Virus record (IMG/VR): IMGVR_UViG_3300032212_000030
Location: 1 to 45,103 of that record
Direction: 5' to 3' (one strand)
Length of the DNA: 45,103 nucleotides
DNA from: a virus
Lineage: Duplodnaviria; Caudoviricetes
Below the pieces are notes generated by a model, which saw only the letters and a list, made by a program, of their open reading frames with translations, had not been told where the DNA came from and searched no databases. A program made the translations under genes and the position numbers. Below, piece after piece: positions 37,124-45,103 of this stretch; position 1 is the stretch's first letter; every line of letters starts with the position of its first letter.

Positions 37124-37903
37124 ATGACACAGAGTAACACAAGATACATGAATGAGCTAGTATTTAATAACGTGTCAGACTTTACACGTTATCTTGAAGC
37201 TCATAAGGATAGTGAGAACCAAACCACCATCTATTGTGGTTCTAAGTGGCGTCCTGATACTTGGACGGGTGTTGGTACATGGTATGAGTTCATGGACTAT
37301 CTTGAAGATGGTAACCCTGACGCTACAGCAGATATCCGTAAGAACGCTAAATACTACATTGATAAGTTTGAAGATAAGTTCACCGAGTCAAGCGAGTATA
37401 TGTTTGATGTGGTGGGTGAGTTTTTCGATATCGGTGCGGTGATGGTAGGTGAACCCGAAGCATGGATAAAAGAGGTAAAGATTGAGGATGATAAGTTTAT
37501 TAACTTAACGATTCAAGGCTCTTATCCTCATAACACTGACTTAGACATGGTTAGGGAGAATGGTTCTAAGGTGTTAGCTATAGCTTTAACCTTAGAGAAA
37601 ATGGGCTTTTTGGTTCAGATTGATGTGGCGTTTCATACAAGAGGTTCTTATCTTAAGAACTCTAACAAAGAGACGCGGGCCTTAATCAAAGTGAAGGGTT
37701 ATGACCAAGGGCTTGACTACAAGAAACTAGGGATAGTTTTAGGTGTACCGTTTTTCAGACGTGGGTTTCTCAGACTCTTAGAGATAGAGTATGGTAAGGA
37801 CGTGAAAGTCTCTTATGGTACAGCTGGTATGAAAACAGGTGATATTAACCTAGCAAGAACTGGTGATATTTTAGAACTAGAGAAAAAACTAGAAGGAGAA
37901 TAG
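37124..37903 (+). CDS. vWA-like partner of the AAA+ ATPase
   Basis: Adjacent to the MoxR-type ATPase; DVVGEFFDIGAVMVGEPEAW, LEKMGFLV, FFRR, YG. Confidence 0.6.
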   Translation: MTQSNTRYMNELVFNNVSDFTRYLEAHKDSENQTTIYCGSKWRPDTWTGVGTWYEFMDYLEDGNPDATADIRKNAKYYIDKFEDKFTESSEYMFDVVGEFFDIGAVMVGEPEAWIKEVKIEDDKFINLTIQGSYPHNTDLDMVRENGSKVLAIALTLEKMGFLVQIDVAFHTRGSYLKNSNKETRALIKVKGYDQGLDYKKLGIVLGVPFFRRGFLRLLEIEYGKDVKVSYGTAGMKTGDINLARTGDILELEKKLEGE

Positions 37904-37905
37904 TT

Positions 37906-38172
37906 ATGAAAACTTTTGCAGATTTAGAATTTAAGGCTCATCCTGTAGGGAGAGGGCTTCAAGCTAAAATGGACTTTGATAATGGTTATGGGGTGTCGGT
38001 ATTATTTGGTACAGATTGGTATTCAAATGGCACTGACACTTATGAGTTGGCGGTGTTTAAAGATGGTCATATAAACTATGAACATACTCAAGGTGATGTA
38101 ATGGGTTATAAAAGCAGTGATGAAGTTACATCATGGATGAGACAGGTACAAGAGCTTAAGGAGATGAAATGA
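37906..38172 (+). CDS. Conserved phage hypothetical protein
   Basis: FDNGYGVSV, YELAV, DVMGY motifs. Confidence 0.75.
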   Translation: MKTFADLEFKAHPVGRGLQAKMDFDNGYGVSVLFGTDWYSNGTDTYELAVFKDGHINYEHTQGDVMGYKSSDEVTSWMRQVQELKEMK

Positions 38173-38173
38173 A

Positions 38174-38554
38174 ATGAAAACTTTACTAGCACAAGCTGAA
38201 AGACTTGATAATGGAGAGGTAATTGAGGGGTATTATGCTAAGGGTTTAACTAGGGATAAAGAAAGAAATATAATTGATACGAATTTGATTGGTGTAATTG
38301 AAATCAACCCCGAAACCTTAAAATATAAAGTAGGTGAACAATGGCTTACAGTTGATGAGATTGAGTTCTGTGTTAAAGACGTTGCAAAACGTAAAGCAGA
38401 GATAGATACATTGGTAGAAGCTCAATCATGTGAAAACTGTAAGTATTCTTTATCAAGTGGTAGAGGTATAGATTACAGAGATTGTAAAATTCAAACTAAA
38501 GTTGAGAATAAAAACTTCTACTGCTCTAAATTTGAACCAAAGGATAAAGCATGA
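38174..38554 (+). CDS. YopX-like N-terminus plus C-terminal Cys cluster
   Basis: RLDNGEVIEGYY, INPETL, CENC...C...C. Confidence 0.6.
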   Translation: MKTLLAQAERLDNGEVIEGYYAKGLTRDKERNIIDTNLIGVIEINPETLKYKVGEQWLTVDEIEFCVKDVAKRKAEIDTLVEAQSCENCKYSLSSGRGIDYRDCKIQTKVENKNFYCSKFEPKDKA

Positions 38555-38724
38555 AGCGAGCATGGATACACTTTAAGTTTATGATTGCATTTTTATTATT
38601 ACCTTTTGTTGTCGGAGCATCAGAGGCAAAAAGAACATTCAATAATAGTAGAATCATTAGCGGAATCATTTATCAATGGAAACGGATGAATAGACTATAT
38701 AGAAAATTTAAGGACAACCAATGA
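38551..38724 (+). CDS. 57-aa membrane or exported peptide (not in ORF track)
   Basis: MKRAWIHFKFMIAFLLLPFVVGA...; ATGA overlaps on both sides. Confidence 0.55.
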   Translation: MKRAWIHFKFMIAFLLLPFVVGASEAKRTFNNSRIISGIIYQWKRMNRLYRKFKDNQ

Positions 38725-39197
38725 CACCTAAACAAGTAACACCGCACGAACTTACCACTAAAGCTCTATTAAATGGTGCTAGGCTTATGGTGGTTAAGAT
38801 TGGTGAACAAGCTAAATTTAGATTATTTTATCAGACCATAGATTATGCTAAATACTATTTACCTCTCAAGCAAGGTGATGATATTTATATTGGTGAGGAG
38901 TTTTCTTACAGTAATAGTTTTGCTACAGTAGAGTATAAGATTGATGATAAGTTTGATACAAGTAATTGGATGCCTGCTTCTCAGATGTCTTATAATGAAT
39001 CAAGACTACACTTTACAGTAGGCGAAGTAAGTGTTAAGAAGGTGAGTGAGATAAATAAAAAGGTAGCTAATAAACTAATGGGAACAGATTACAGCATCAC
39101 GGAATACGATATTAAATTAAACCATTGGCTCAAAGCTCAAGACATAGAGCCTACTGATTATATAGCATTAGTAGAGCTATTAGATAAGGATAAGTGA
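38721..39197 (+). CDS. ASCH/PUA-like phage protein
   Basis: GDDIYIGEEF, WMPASQM..ESRL pattern. Confidence 0.55.
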   Translation: MTPKQVTPHELTTKALLNGARLMVVKIGEQAKFRLFYQTIDYAKYYLPLKQGDDIYIGEEFSYSNSFATVEYKIDDKFDTSNWMPASQMSYNESRLHFTVGEVSVKKVSEINKKVANKLMGTDYSITEYDIKLNHWLKAQDIEPTDYIALVELLDKDK

Positions 39198-39484
39198 TGA
39201 AGTTAAAACCTAAACACACCTATTTGGTGATGATACAAGAAACCGAGAACTTAAGAACAGGATGGCTGGTTCATCAAATCAGTCAGAGAGGTTGGGTAGC
39301 TACTAAGTTTACCCACCTTAACGTGGAGTATGAGGACACCATAAAGATTATTGGCCCAGCTAATAGTGTTGTGGTTGGTGACGCCTTAGAGAACTTAGGA
39401 GCATGTAGTATGAGAGCAGTGCAAACAAACGCCAGTCTTAGAAACTATATGTACAACATTTTAAAAACAGGGAGGTTCGAGTAA
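39194..39484 (+). CDS. Hypothetical protein
   Basis: Coupled ORF. Confidence 0.65.
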   Translation: MMKLKPKHTYLVMIQETENLRTGWLVHQISQRGWVATKFTHLNVEYEDTIKIIGPANSVVVGDALENLGACSMRAVQTNASLRNYMYNILKTGRFE

Positions 39485-40194
39485 TGCAAGTATTTCATAA
39501 TAACATTGAGGTGGAAGAGTATGGGGTAGTTACTATTGATGGTAACTCGTATAACAATTATATTAACAGTATGTATCCTGAGTTTCAAAAATATATGCCG
39601 AAAGATGGAGCTGAGTATGGGATTAAAGAGGAGTTTAATAACAAAACCTTTCAAGTGCGTAGATTACCAAAAGATACAGAGTTAACTTTTTGGGATGACG
39701 ATAACGCTGGATGGGTTAAGTTTGATACAGACACGTTTATACCTATGATGATAGATAATGCTGGTTCACCTTGGATGAGTATTACACCTATGGAAGTTAC
39801 AACGTGTAGAAACGGTGCATTAAACCAACATGGTACAGTGTTGGTGGGTGGATTAGGATTAGGGTGGATTACTAAATCTTTACTTGAGAACGATGAAGTA
39901 CATCATGTGACTGTATATGAGTTAGATGAGGATGTTATCGAGTTTATAGGTAGACCGCTTTTAGCTAAGTACGGACATAAGCTACGCATCATTAATGAAA
40001 GTATTTATGAGGCTTATCCATCAGAATTTGATTGTGTCAGTATTGACATTCACATGGGTTATGGGGACGCTGAAGATGACGATGAGTTAGAAGGTTGGCT
40101 CATGGATAATTCAATGTGTCACGATGATGATAATGTTTGGGTGTGGGGTTATAATGACACCACTCACGTTAGAGCCCTAAGATTTGGCTATTAA
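39484..40194 (+). CDS. Class I SAM-dependent methyltransferase-fold protein (spermidine synthase-like)
   Basis: WMSITPME, VLVGGLGLG, VTVYELDEDVI, FDCVSIDI. Confidence 0.75.
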   Translation: MQVFHNNIEVEEYGVVTIDGNSYNNYINSMYPEFQKYMPKDGAEYGIKEEFNNKTFQVRRLPKDTELTFWDDDNAGWVKFDTDTFIPMMIDNAGSPWMSITPMEVTTCRNGALNQHGTVLVGGLGLGWITKSLLENDEVHHVTVYELDEDVIEFIGRPLLAKYGHKLRIINESIYEAYPSEFDCVSIDIHMGYGDAEDDDELEGWLMDNSMCHDDDNVWVWGYNDTTHVRALRFGY

Positions 40195-40206
40195 AAAGGA
40201 TAGAAA

Positions 40207-40434
40207 ATGACAATAGAATACATGGGAAATGAGGTGTATAAATTAGAGTTTTTTGACGGTCAAATTGTGACCTTAAATTCAGACCAATTAGCAACCATAA
40301 AACAGTACGATTTTCACAACAATAAAGTGGGTGTTTCATGTGAAGATTTAGAGATAAAAATTGAGAGATTAAACATCGAAATTGATAGAATGAAAGAGGT
40401 TGCGATTGAAATAAAACGATTGGCTGATTTCTAA
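40207..40434 (+). CDS. Hypothetical protein
   Basis: AAAAGGATA RBS. Confidence 0.65.
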   Translation: MTIEYMGNEVYKLEFFDGQIVTLNSDQLATIKQYDFHNNKVGVSCEDLEIKIERLNIEIDRMKEVAIEIKRLADF

Positions 40435-40776
40435 TTTTTTCAGTTTTTTCACTGTTTTTCATAAAAATAATGTAAGGCTTAAAAACTTTTTTTATCTTTT
40501 CACTTTAAGATAAAAATGAGATTAAGCTAACTTTTATGTAAAATGATGGCACAGGTAGCCAAGAACGCTAAAAAGTAACCTCTAAGTTACACTTCAATTT
40601 TTGCTTGGCTACCTTTTCAAAAGCCCAAATTTAGCCTTTTAATACTATATAGTATATATAGTTACACTATTACTATAGGGGTAGTATATATATTTTTATT
40701 TTTTTAGAGTAAAAAAAAAAAAAAAGAATTTATAGAGAGGTTAAGAGAAAGCGGTGAAACTATACTAGGGGTTACC

Positions 40777-40806
40777 TTGCTAAATAACCTAAAGTTTTGC
40801 TATAAT
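40777..40806 (+). promoter_or_regulatory. Promoter of the replication operon
   Basis: TTGCTA-N18-TATAAT with extended TGn. Confidence 0.7.
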
Positions 40807-40813
40807 AATTTAT

Positions 40814-40940
40814 TAGAATTTTAAGACGAGTCACCACTCGATTTAGAGGCATATTTTGTGCCTCGTCTTAGGGTTCTATTTTTGAATCAAAATCGGGTGG
40901 TGACTGACTTTGATTCTTCCCTAAATATTTGAGGAGGATT
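40814..40940 (+). ncRNA. Candidate structured cis-regulatory leader of the primase gene
   Basis: 17-bp stem, 16-nt long-range complementarity, complementary hairpin loops. Confidence 0.6.
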
Positions 40941-40946
40941 ACCAAC

Positions 40947-43361
40947 ATGAATGAGATACTAAAAGATGCTTATGAGCAATACCGAAGTCAAGGCTTCATT
41001 TTGCAAAAATCAGCCAAACATGAAAAACACGCTCATCGCAAAGGGAGCTACACGGAACGTGAGAATGAACCGTGGGATGATAACGCTACAGGTTACGTGG
41101 CTATCATCCCACCATCACTCATCATCGTGGACAATGACAAATATCAAGATGAGGGTGAGAGCTTCAAACAACTGCTCAAAGACTTGGGGATATCTAAGTC
41201 TGACAAACCTGAACCCTTTGCCCTGACACCCAGTGGTGGTGAGCATTACGCTTTCCACAACCCTAACCCTGAGCTAGTGGTCGGTAACTTGAACAAGAAA
41301 TATCCAGCCTTAGATATCTACGCTGGTTATCAATCCGTGGTCCCTATTGTCGGCACTACGGTTCTTAACAAGCAAGACAAACTAGCCTCTTACGAGTGGG
41401 GTACGTTCGATGACAACCTCATTGTCAATCCTTGGATGGATGTGATGAGCGAAGTCTTAGAGCTACGCCCTAGAGCTGAGAAACGTCAACAAGAGTACGA
41501 TGACCTTGATATCGCTATCAAGGCTGATGACATGAGTGAGCAAGAGGTTATTGACCTTATCGCTCGTATGCCTGAGGACTTGGATTACGACACTTGGTTG
41601 CACGTTGGTATGGCTATTTATGACCGCTTCGGTGGGAGTGATAAAGGCTATGAGTACTTCAAAGATTTTTCAGAGAAGTCATCTAACAAGTACGATGAGG
41701 ACTTCACCTACGGTAAGTGGCATAACGGACACCTAGTGCCTGATAGTATCACTTACAAGCGATTACGCACAGTAGCGAGGGATAGTTTCATCTACGACAT
41801 TGAGTCTCGTATCGCTGAGTCTGAGGAGTTTGACGATATCTTGGAAGAGATTAAAGCAAACCCCTCTATCGGAGCTAAGGGCGTGAAAGACGCTGACATG
41901 AGACTCAAGTTAGCTCAAGATATTAACGCTCGGATGAAAGAGCTTAAACAACCTGTCACGCAAGCAAGAACTTTAGCCAAAGCGATGACACCAACTGTCG
42001 AAGAGACCTTAACTGAGGGTGTTGAGGGTGCTGACTGGATGGACGGGCTTGTTTACGTTGAGAGTTTTTCAACAAAATATTTTCTCACAGCTACACGAGA
42101 GAAGCTAAGTCCTGATGGTGCAAACGGCAGACTACATCAAGAGTTATCCGACCTGAAGAAAAAACTTGGGATGAAAACACTCACCGTACAAAACTTGGTC
42201 AAGATGAACATGGTGAGAATATGCTCTAACCACGAGTACAACCCAAAAACTAACGAAGTTATCTTCACGAGTCGTACAGGAGCTACCATCCTCAACACCT
42301 ACGTTGCTGACAGTAGGCCACCTGTAGCTGAGGAGTACAGCGAGAAAGGTCAAGCCCTTATCGCTAAGTTTGAACAACACCTCAAGTACCTGATGACTGA
42401 GGGTGAGGCTGAAATACTCTTGGACTGGTTGGCGTATCAAGCTCAGAACTTCGGTACTAAGCTGTTGTGGACGCCACTGATTCAGTCCGCTGAGGGTTTG
42501 GGTAAATCGCTTCTAGGTACAGCGATGATAAACAATGTGTTTGGCTACTCTAACGCTGGTACAGTTGACAGCAACGTGGTCGTAAGTCCAAACACGTCAT
42601 GGGCCACTAAGGGTGTCTTTCAAGTCTTGGAAGAGATTAAACTAGCTGGTCATAACCGCTTTGAGGTCCTTAACCAACTCAAACCGTTCATCACCAACAA
42701 AACAGTGTCACGTGTTGAGAAGTACGAGGCTAGTAGCGAGGTAACGAACTACTGCAACTTTATCGCCTTAACCAACTTCAAAGACGCGATACCTGTGAGT
42801 GCTGATGACAGACGGTGGTGGGTAGTGTTTGCTAAAGTGAACACGATTGAGGACCTTGAAAAGTTGGCAGATTGTGAGAGACGCGAATACTTCGAGCCTT
42901 TGCACAATCTAGCCAATGGAGAGTGTGGCGGTGAGTTCCACAAGTGGATGATGGAGAGGGACTTAAGCGAGTTCAACCCTAATTTTCCACCTGTATCAAT
43001 TCACAAAGCACGGATGATTGCAACTGAGGAGAGTAAGACAGCTAACTTGACAGACCTACGGGATGTTATTGACCACGGTTCACGTGGAGTTACTAAGTCG
43101 GTATTGTCCTCAAAAGAGTTACGAAAACTAACTCAGACTCCTACTTGGGAGCATGACAGTCTTGATTACAACGAGGTAGTCAAGCTACTCAGAGCCTTGG
43201 GATACACAAAGTTTCCGAGAAAGGTTAAGAGTAAAGACGAATTACACAGCATTTGGTTCAATGAGCCTAGACTGAGTGACGATGAGGTGCGTGAAAGATT
43301 CCACGCCAGTATGAAGTTGCCAGCTAATGACGGCTTCGATGATTTTCCTGAGGAGGATTAA
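40947..43361 (+). CDS. Primase-polymerase + PriCT-2 + SF3 (D5/DUF5906-like) helicase; start probably 40947
   Basis: IVDND, TPSGGEHY, LDYDTWLHVGMAI, SAEGLGKS, LEEIK, FIALTN, DDRRW; GAGGAGG RBS. Confidence 0.9.
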   Translation: MNEILKDAYEQYRSQGFILQKSAKHEKHAHRKGSYTERENEPWDDNATGYVAIIPPSLIIVDNDKYQDEGESFKQLLKDLGISKSDKPEPFALTPSGGEHYAFHNPNPELVVGNLNKKYPALDIYAGYQSVVPIVGTTVLNKQDKLASYEWGTFDDNLIVNPWMDVMSEVLELRPRAEKRQQEYDDLDIAIKADDMSEQEVIDLIARMPEDLDYDTWLHVGMAIYDRFGGSDKGYEYFKDFSEKSSNKYDEDFTYGKWHNGHLVPDSITYKRLRTVARDSFIYDIESRIAESEEFDDILEEIKANPSIGAKGVKDADMRLKLAQDINARMKELKQPVTQARTLAKAMTPTVEETLTEGVEGADWMDGLVYVESFSTKYFLTATREKLSPDGANGRLHQELSDLKKKLGMKTLTVQNLVKMNMVRICSNHEYNPKTNEVIFTSRTGATILNTYVADSRPPVAEEYSEKGQALIAKFEQHLKYLMTEGEAEILLDWLAYQAQNFGTKLLWTPLIQSAEGLGKSLLGTAMINNVFGYSNAGTVDSNVVVSPNTSWATKGVFQVLEEIKLAGHNRFEVLNQLKPFITNKTVSRVEKYEASSEVTNYCNFIALTNFKDAIPVSADDRRWWVVFAKVNTIEDLEKLADCERREYFEPLHNLANGECGGEFHKWMMERDLSEFNPNFPPVSIHKARMIATEESKTANLTDLRDVIDHGSRGVTKSVLSSKELRKLTQTPTWEHDSLDYNEVVKLLRALGYTKFPRKVKSKDELHSIWFNEPRLSDDEVRERFHASMKLPANDGFDDFPEED

Positions 43362-43364
43362 GTT

Positions 43365-43727
43365 ATGAAAATTACATTTGACACACAAAACGAGCAAGAA
43401 GTACAAGAGGTGACTAACCTCTTACAAATGATGGCCCTACAATCGAACGGAAACGTACCGTCACAGCCAAAAGAGGTAGTCACCAATACCAACACAGCCT
43501 CAAAAGATAAAAAGCCGTCAGAGGCTTCTAAACCATCAAGGAAAGCGAAAGCTAAAAAGACAGCTTCAAGCATTACTCTTGGTGATTTAAAAGCGGTGGC
43601 TCAAGAGGCTGTTGGTAGAACTGACCGTCAAAAAGTCAAAGAGGTTATTTCGCAATACGCTGAGAAGCTTAACGAAGTGTCTGAAGAGGACTACCAAAAA
43701 CTCTTTGACACATTAAAGGGGATGTAA
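43365..43727 (+). CDS. Conserved protein of DUF2800/DUF2815 modules
   Basis: Low-complexity linker then ITLGDLK..VKEVISQYAEKLNEVSEEDY. Confidence 0.7.
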   Translation: MKITFDTQNEQEVQEVTNLLQMMALQSNGNVPSQPKEVVTNTNTASKDKKPSEASKPSRKAKAKKTASSITLGDLKAVAQEAVGRTDRQKVKEVISQYAEKLNEVSEEDYQKLFDTLKGM

Positions 43728-44809
43728 TGCAACACGCAAAATTAAGTGCTAGTGGTTCTAGCAGATGGTTAAGTTGTCCCGCGTCAATTAAAGCAAGTGA
43801 ACAGTACGGTGAGTCTACTAACTCTAGTGCTGAGTGGGGTACAGCTTGTCACGAGGTAGGTGAGATGGTCCTTAAGGACTTAGACATCCCTAAAGAGGTG
43901 AACGGTCTTGAAGTGACAGCTGAGATGTTGGAAACAGCTGAGGACTACGCTCAATACTGTAGAGCTTTGGGTATCGCTGAGGTTGAGATGATTGAACAGC
44001 GTATGGACTTTAGCCATATTGTGCCTGAGGGTTTTGGTACAGGTGATTATACGGCTTTGATTGATGGGACACTTCACATTGTGGACCTGAAAACTGGTCA
44101 CCACTTAGTTGATGCTGAGGAGAACTCACAACTTATGCTCTACGCGATTGGAGCTATCAGAGAGTTGGAAGCTATCTACGACATTAACAGAGTGGTGTTA
44201 CATATCTGTCAGTCACGTGCTAATCACTACTCAGATTGGGAGACAACGCCTGAGCATTTAGCTGAGTGGGGTAAGTGGGTATCAGAGAGAGCTAACTTAG
44301 CTTTAACAGATGATGCACCATTTAGCCCTAGCAAAAAAGCCTGTCAATGGTGTCCACATCAAGTTAACTGTAAAGCCTTGAAAGACCACGTTGACAACGC
44401 TGTTAAAGGTCAGTTTGATAACTTCGAGGACTTAGAGGGTAACGCTGATAAGATTGACTTAGAACACGTTAAATCTATTCTCGATAACGCTGACTTGATT
44501 GTGGGTTTTGTTAAGGCGGTACAAGAGGTGGCCCTTGAACGTATGGAGGGTGGCGAAACGATTGACGGTTACAAGTTAGTTGAGTCTCGCACTAATCGCA
44601 AATGGAAAGATGAGTCTGAGGTTGAAGCACTGCTTAATGGTGAGGAGATTCATGTTAAAAAGCTCAAACCTATGACCAAAATTCTTAAAGAGTTTGGTAA
44701 AGATTACGACCTTGAAGCACTACTCATCAAACCTGAGGGTAAGCCTGTTGTCGCACCTGAAAGCGATAAACGTAACGCAATCACTTCGGTCTGTGACCAG
44801 TTTGATTAA
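43727..44809 (+). CDS. DUF2800 PD-(D/E)XK Cas4-like exonuclease
   Basis: HAKLSASGSSRWLSCPAS, GTACHE, GFGTGD, IVDLKTG, QLMLYA, CQWC..C. Confidence 0.9.
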   Translation: MQHAKLSASGSSRWLSCPASIKASEQYGESTNSSAEWGTACHEVGEMVLKDLDIPKEVNGLEVTAEMLETAEDYAQYCRALGIAEVEMIEQRMDFSHIVPEGFGTGDYTALIDGTLHIVDLKTGHHLVDAEENSQLMLYAIGAIRELEAIYDINRVVLHICQSRANHYSDWETTPEHLAEWGKWVSERANLALTDDAPFSPSKKACQWCPHQVNCKALKDHVDNAVKGQFDNFEDLEGNADKIDLEHVKSILDNADLIVGFVKAVQEVALERMEGGETIDGYKLVESRTNRKWKDESEVEALLNGEEIHVKKLKPMTKILKEFGKDYDLEALLIKPEGKPVVAPESDKRNAITSVCDQFD

Positions 44810-44812
44810 AAG

Positions 44813-44830
44813 CTTTAGGTTCGCCTAAGG
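44813..44830 (+). other. UUCG hairpin / CCTAA(A/G)G palindrome upstream of the SSB gene
   Basis: ctttagg-TTCG-cctaagg; TACAAT at 44841. Confidence 0.45.
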
Positions 44831-44918
44831 TAGAAGTGGTTACAATACTAAAGAACAAACTCCCTGAGGATGCTCAGAGTAACTAAAATTAAAAAGCTAT
44901 AATCTAAAAGGATACAAA

Positions 44919-45103
44919 ATGGCAAATATCAAAATCAATGGACGTTTATCGTTCCCAAGTCTATTCAAAAAAGCAACGTTTGAGGGTAAAGAGGGTAAGT
45001 TTGAGGCAACAATTATGTTTCCAAAATCTGACACTAAAACTTATGAGGCGTGTATTGCTGGTATTGAGGCCATGAAAAAAGAGAACAAAGGTGCTAAAGT
45101 ACC
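44919..45103 (+). CDS. DUF2815-family phage ssDNA-binding protein, 5' part (continues across the junction to 449)
   Basis: AAAGGATACAAA-ATG at 44919; MANIKINGRLSFPSLFKKATFEGKEGKFEATIMFPKS carries the RLSFP-LF motif and is in frame with ORF 39-449. Confidence 0.85.
   Translation, partial: MANIKINGRLSFPSLFKKATFEGKEGKFEATIMFPKSDTKTYEACIAGIEAMKKENKGAKV
44977..45103. repeat. Second copy of the 127-bp terminal overlap
   Basis: Identical to 1-127. Confidence 0.95.

Noticed and set aside
43727-44809. Cas4-like gene as part of a CRISPR-Cas system
   Set aside because: It is the standard DUF2800 exonuclease of a replication module; no cas genes or repeat-spacer array seen
44977-45103. 127-bp terminal repeat as the biological DTR
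   Set aside because: It lies mid-gene and its length equals a common assembler k-mer, so it is best explained as circular overlap
1-45103. Integrase/lysogeny module, tRNA genes, stop-codon reassignment
   Set aside because: No recombinase motifs or cloverleaf seen by eye; coding density is high under the standard code, with all three stops in use

Overview
The window is very probably a complete, circularly assembled phage genome of about 44,976 bp; positions 1-127 repeat at 44977-45103 as an assembly overlap. It has two opposed halves. The minus strand (9907-33195) carries a T7-like podovirus virion and packaging module: portal, scaffold, capsid, tail tubular A/B, tail fibre, lysis cassette, internal virion proteins and small/large terminase. 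The plus strand (about 34600, through the contig junction, to 9910) carries early genes and a non-T7 replication module: primase-polymerase/SF3 helicase, Cas4-like DUF2800 exonuclease, DUF2815 SSB, family B DNA polymerase, SNF2 helicase and VRR-NUC. I found no phage RNA polymerase, integrase, tRNA or CRISPR array. Promoters look host-sigma type, and the RBS/promoter style suggests a Campylobacterota host (inference). The most striking unannotated signals are a kissing-loop RNA leader upstream of the primase, a second structured leader before a small membrane peptide, an HNH element carrying a synonymously recoded copy of the helicase 3' end, palindromic face-to-face promoters at the head of the late operon, a CCTAAAG operator-like motif, and a membrane protein paired with a signal-anchored HNH. 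All product calls come from motif recognition by eye, with no database searches.
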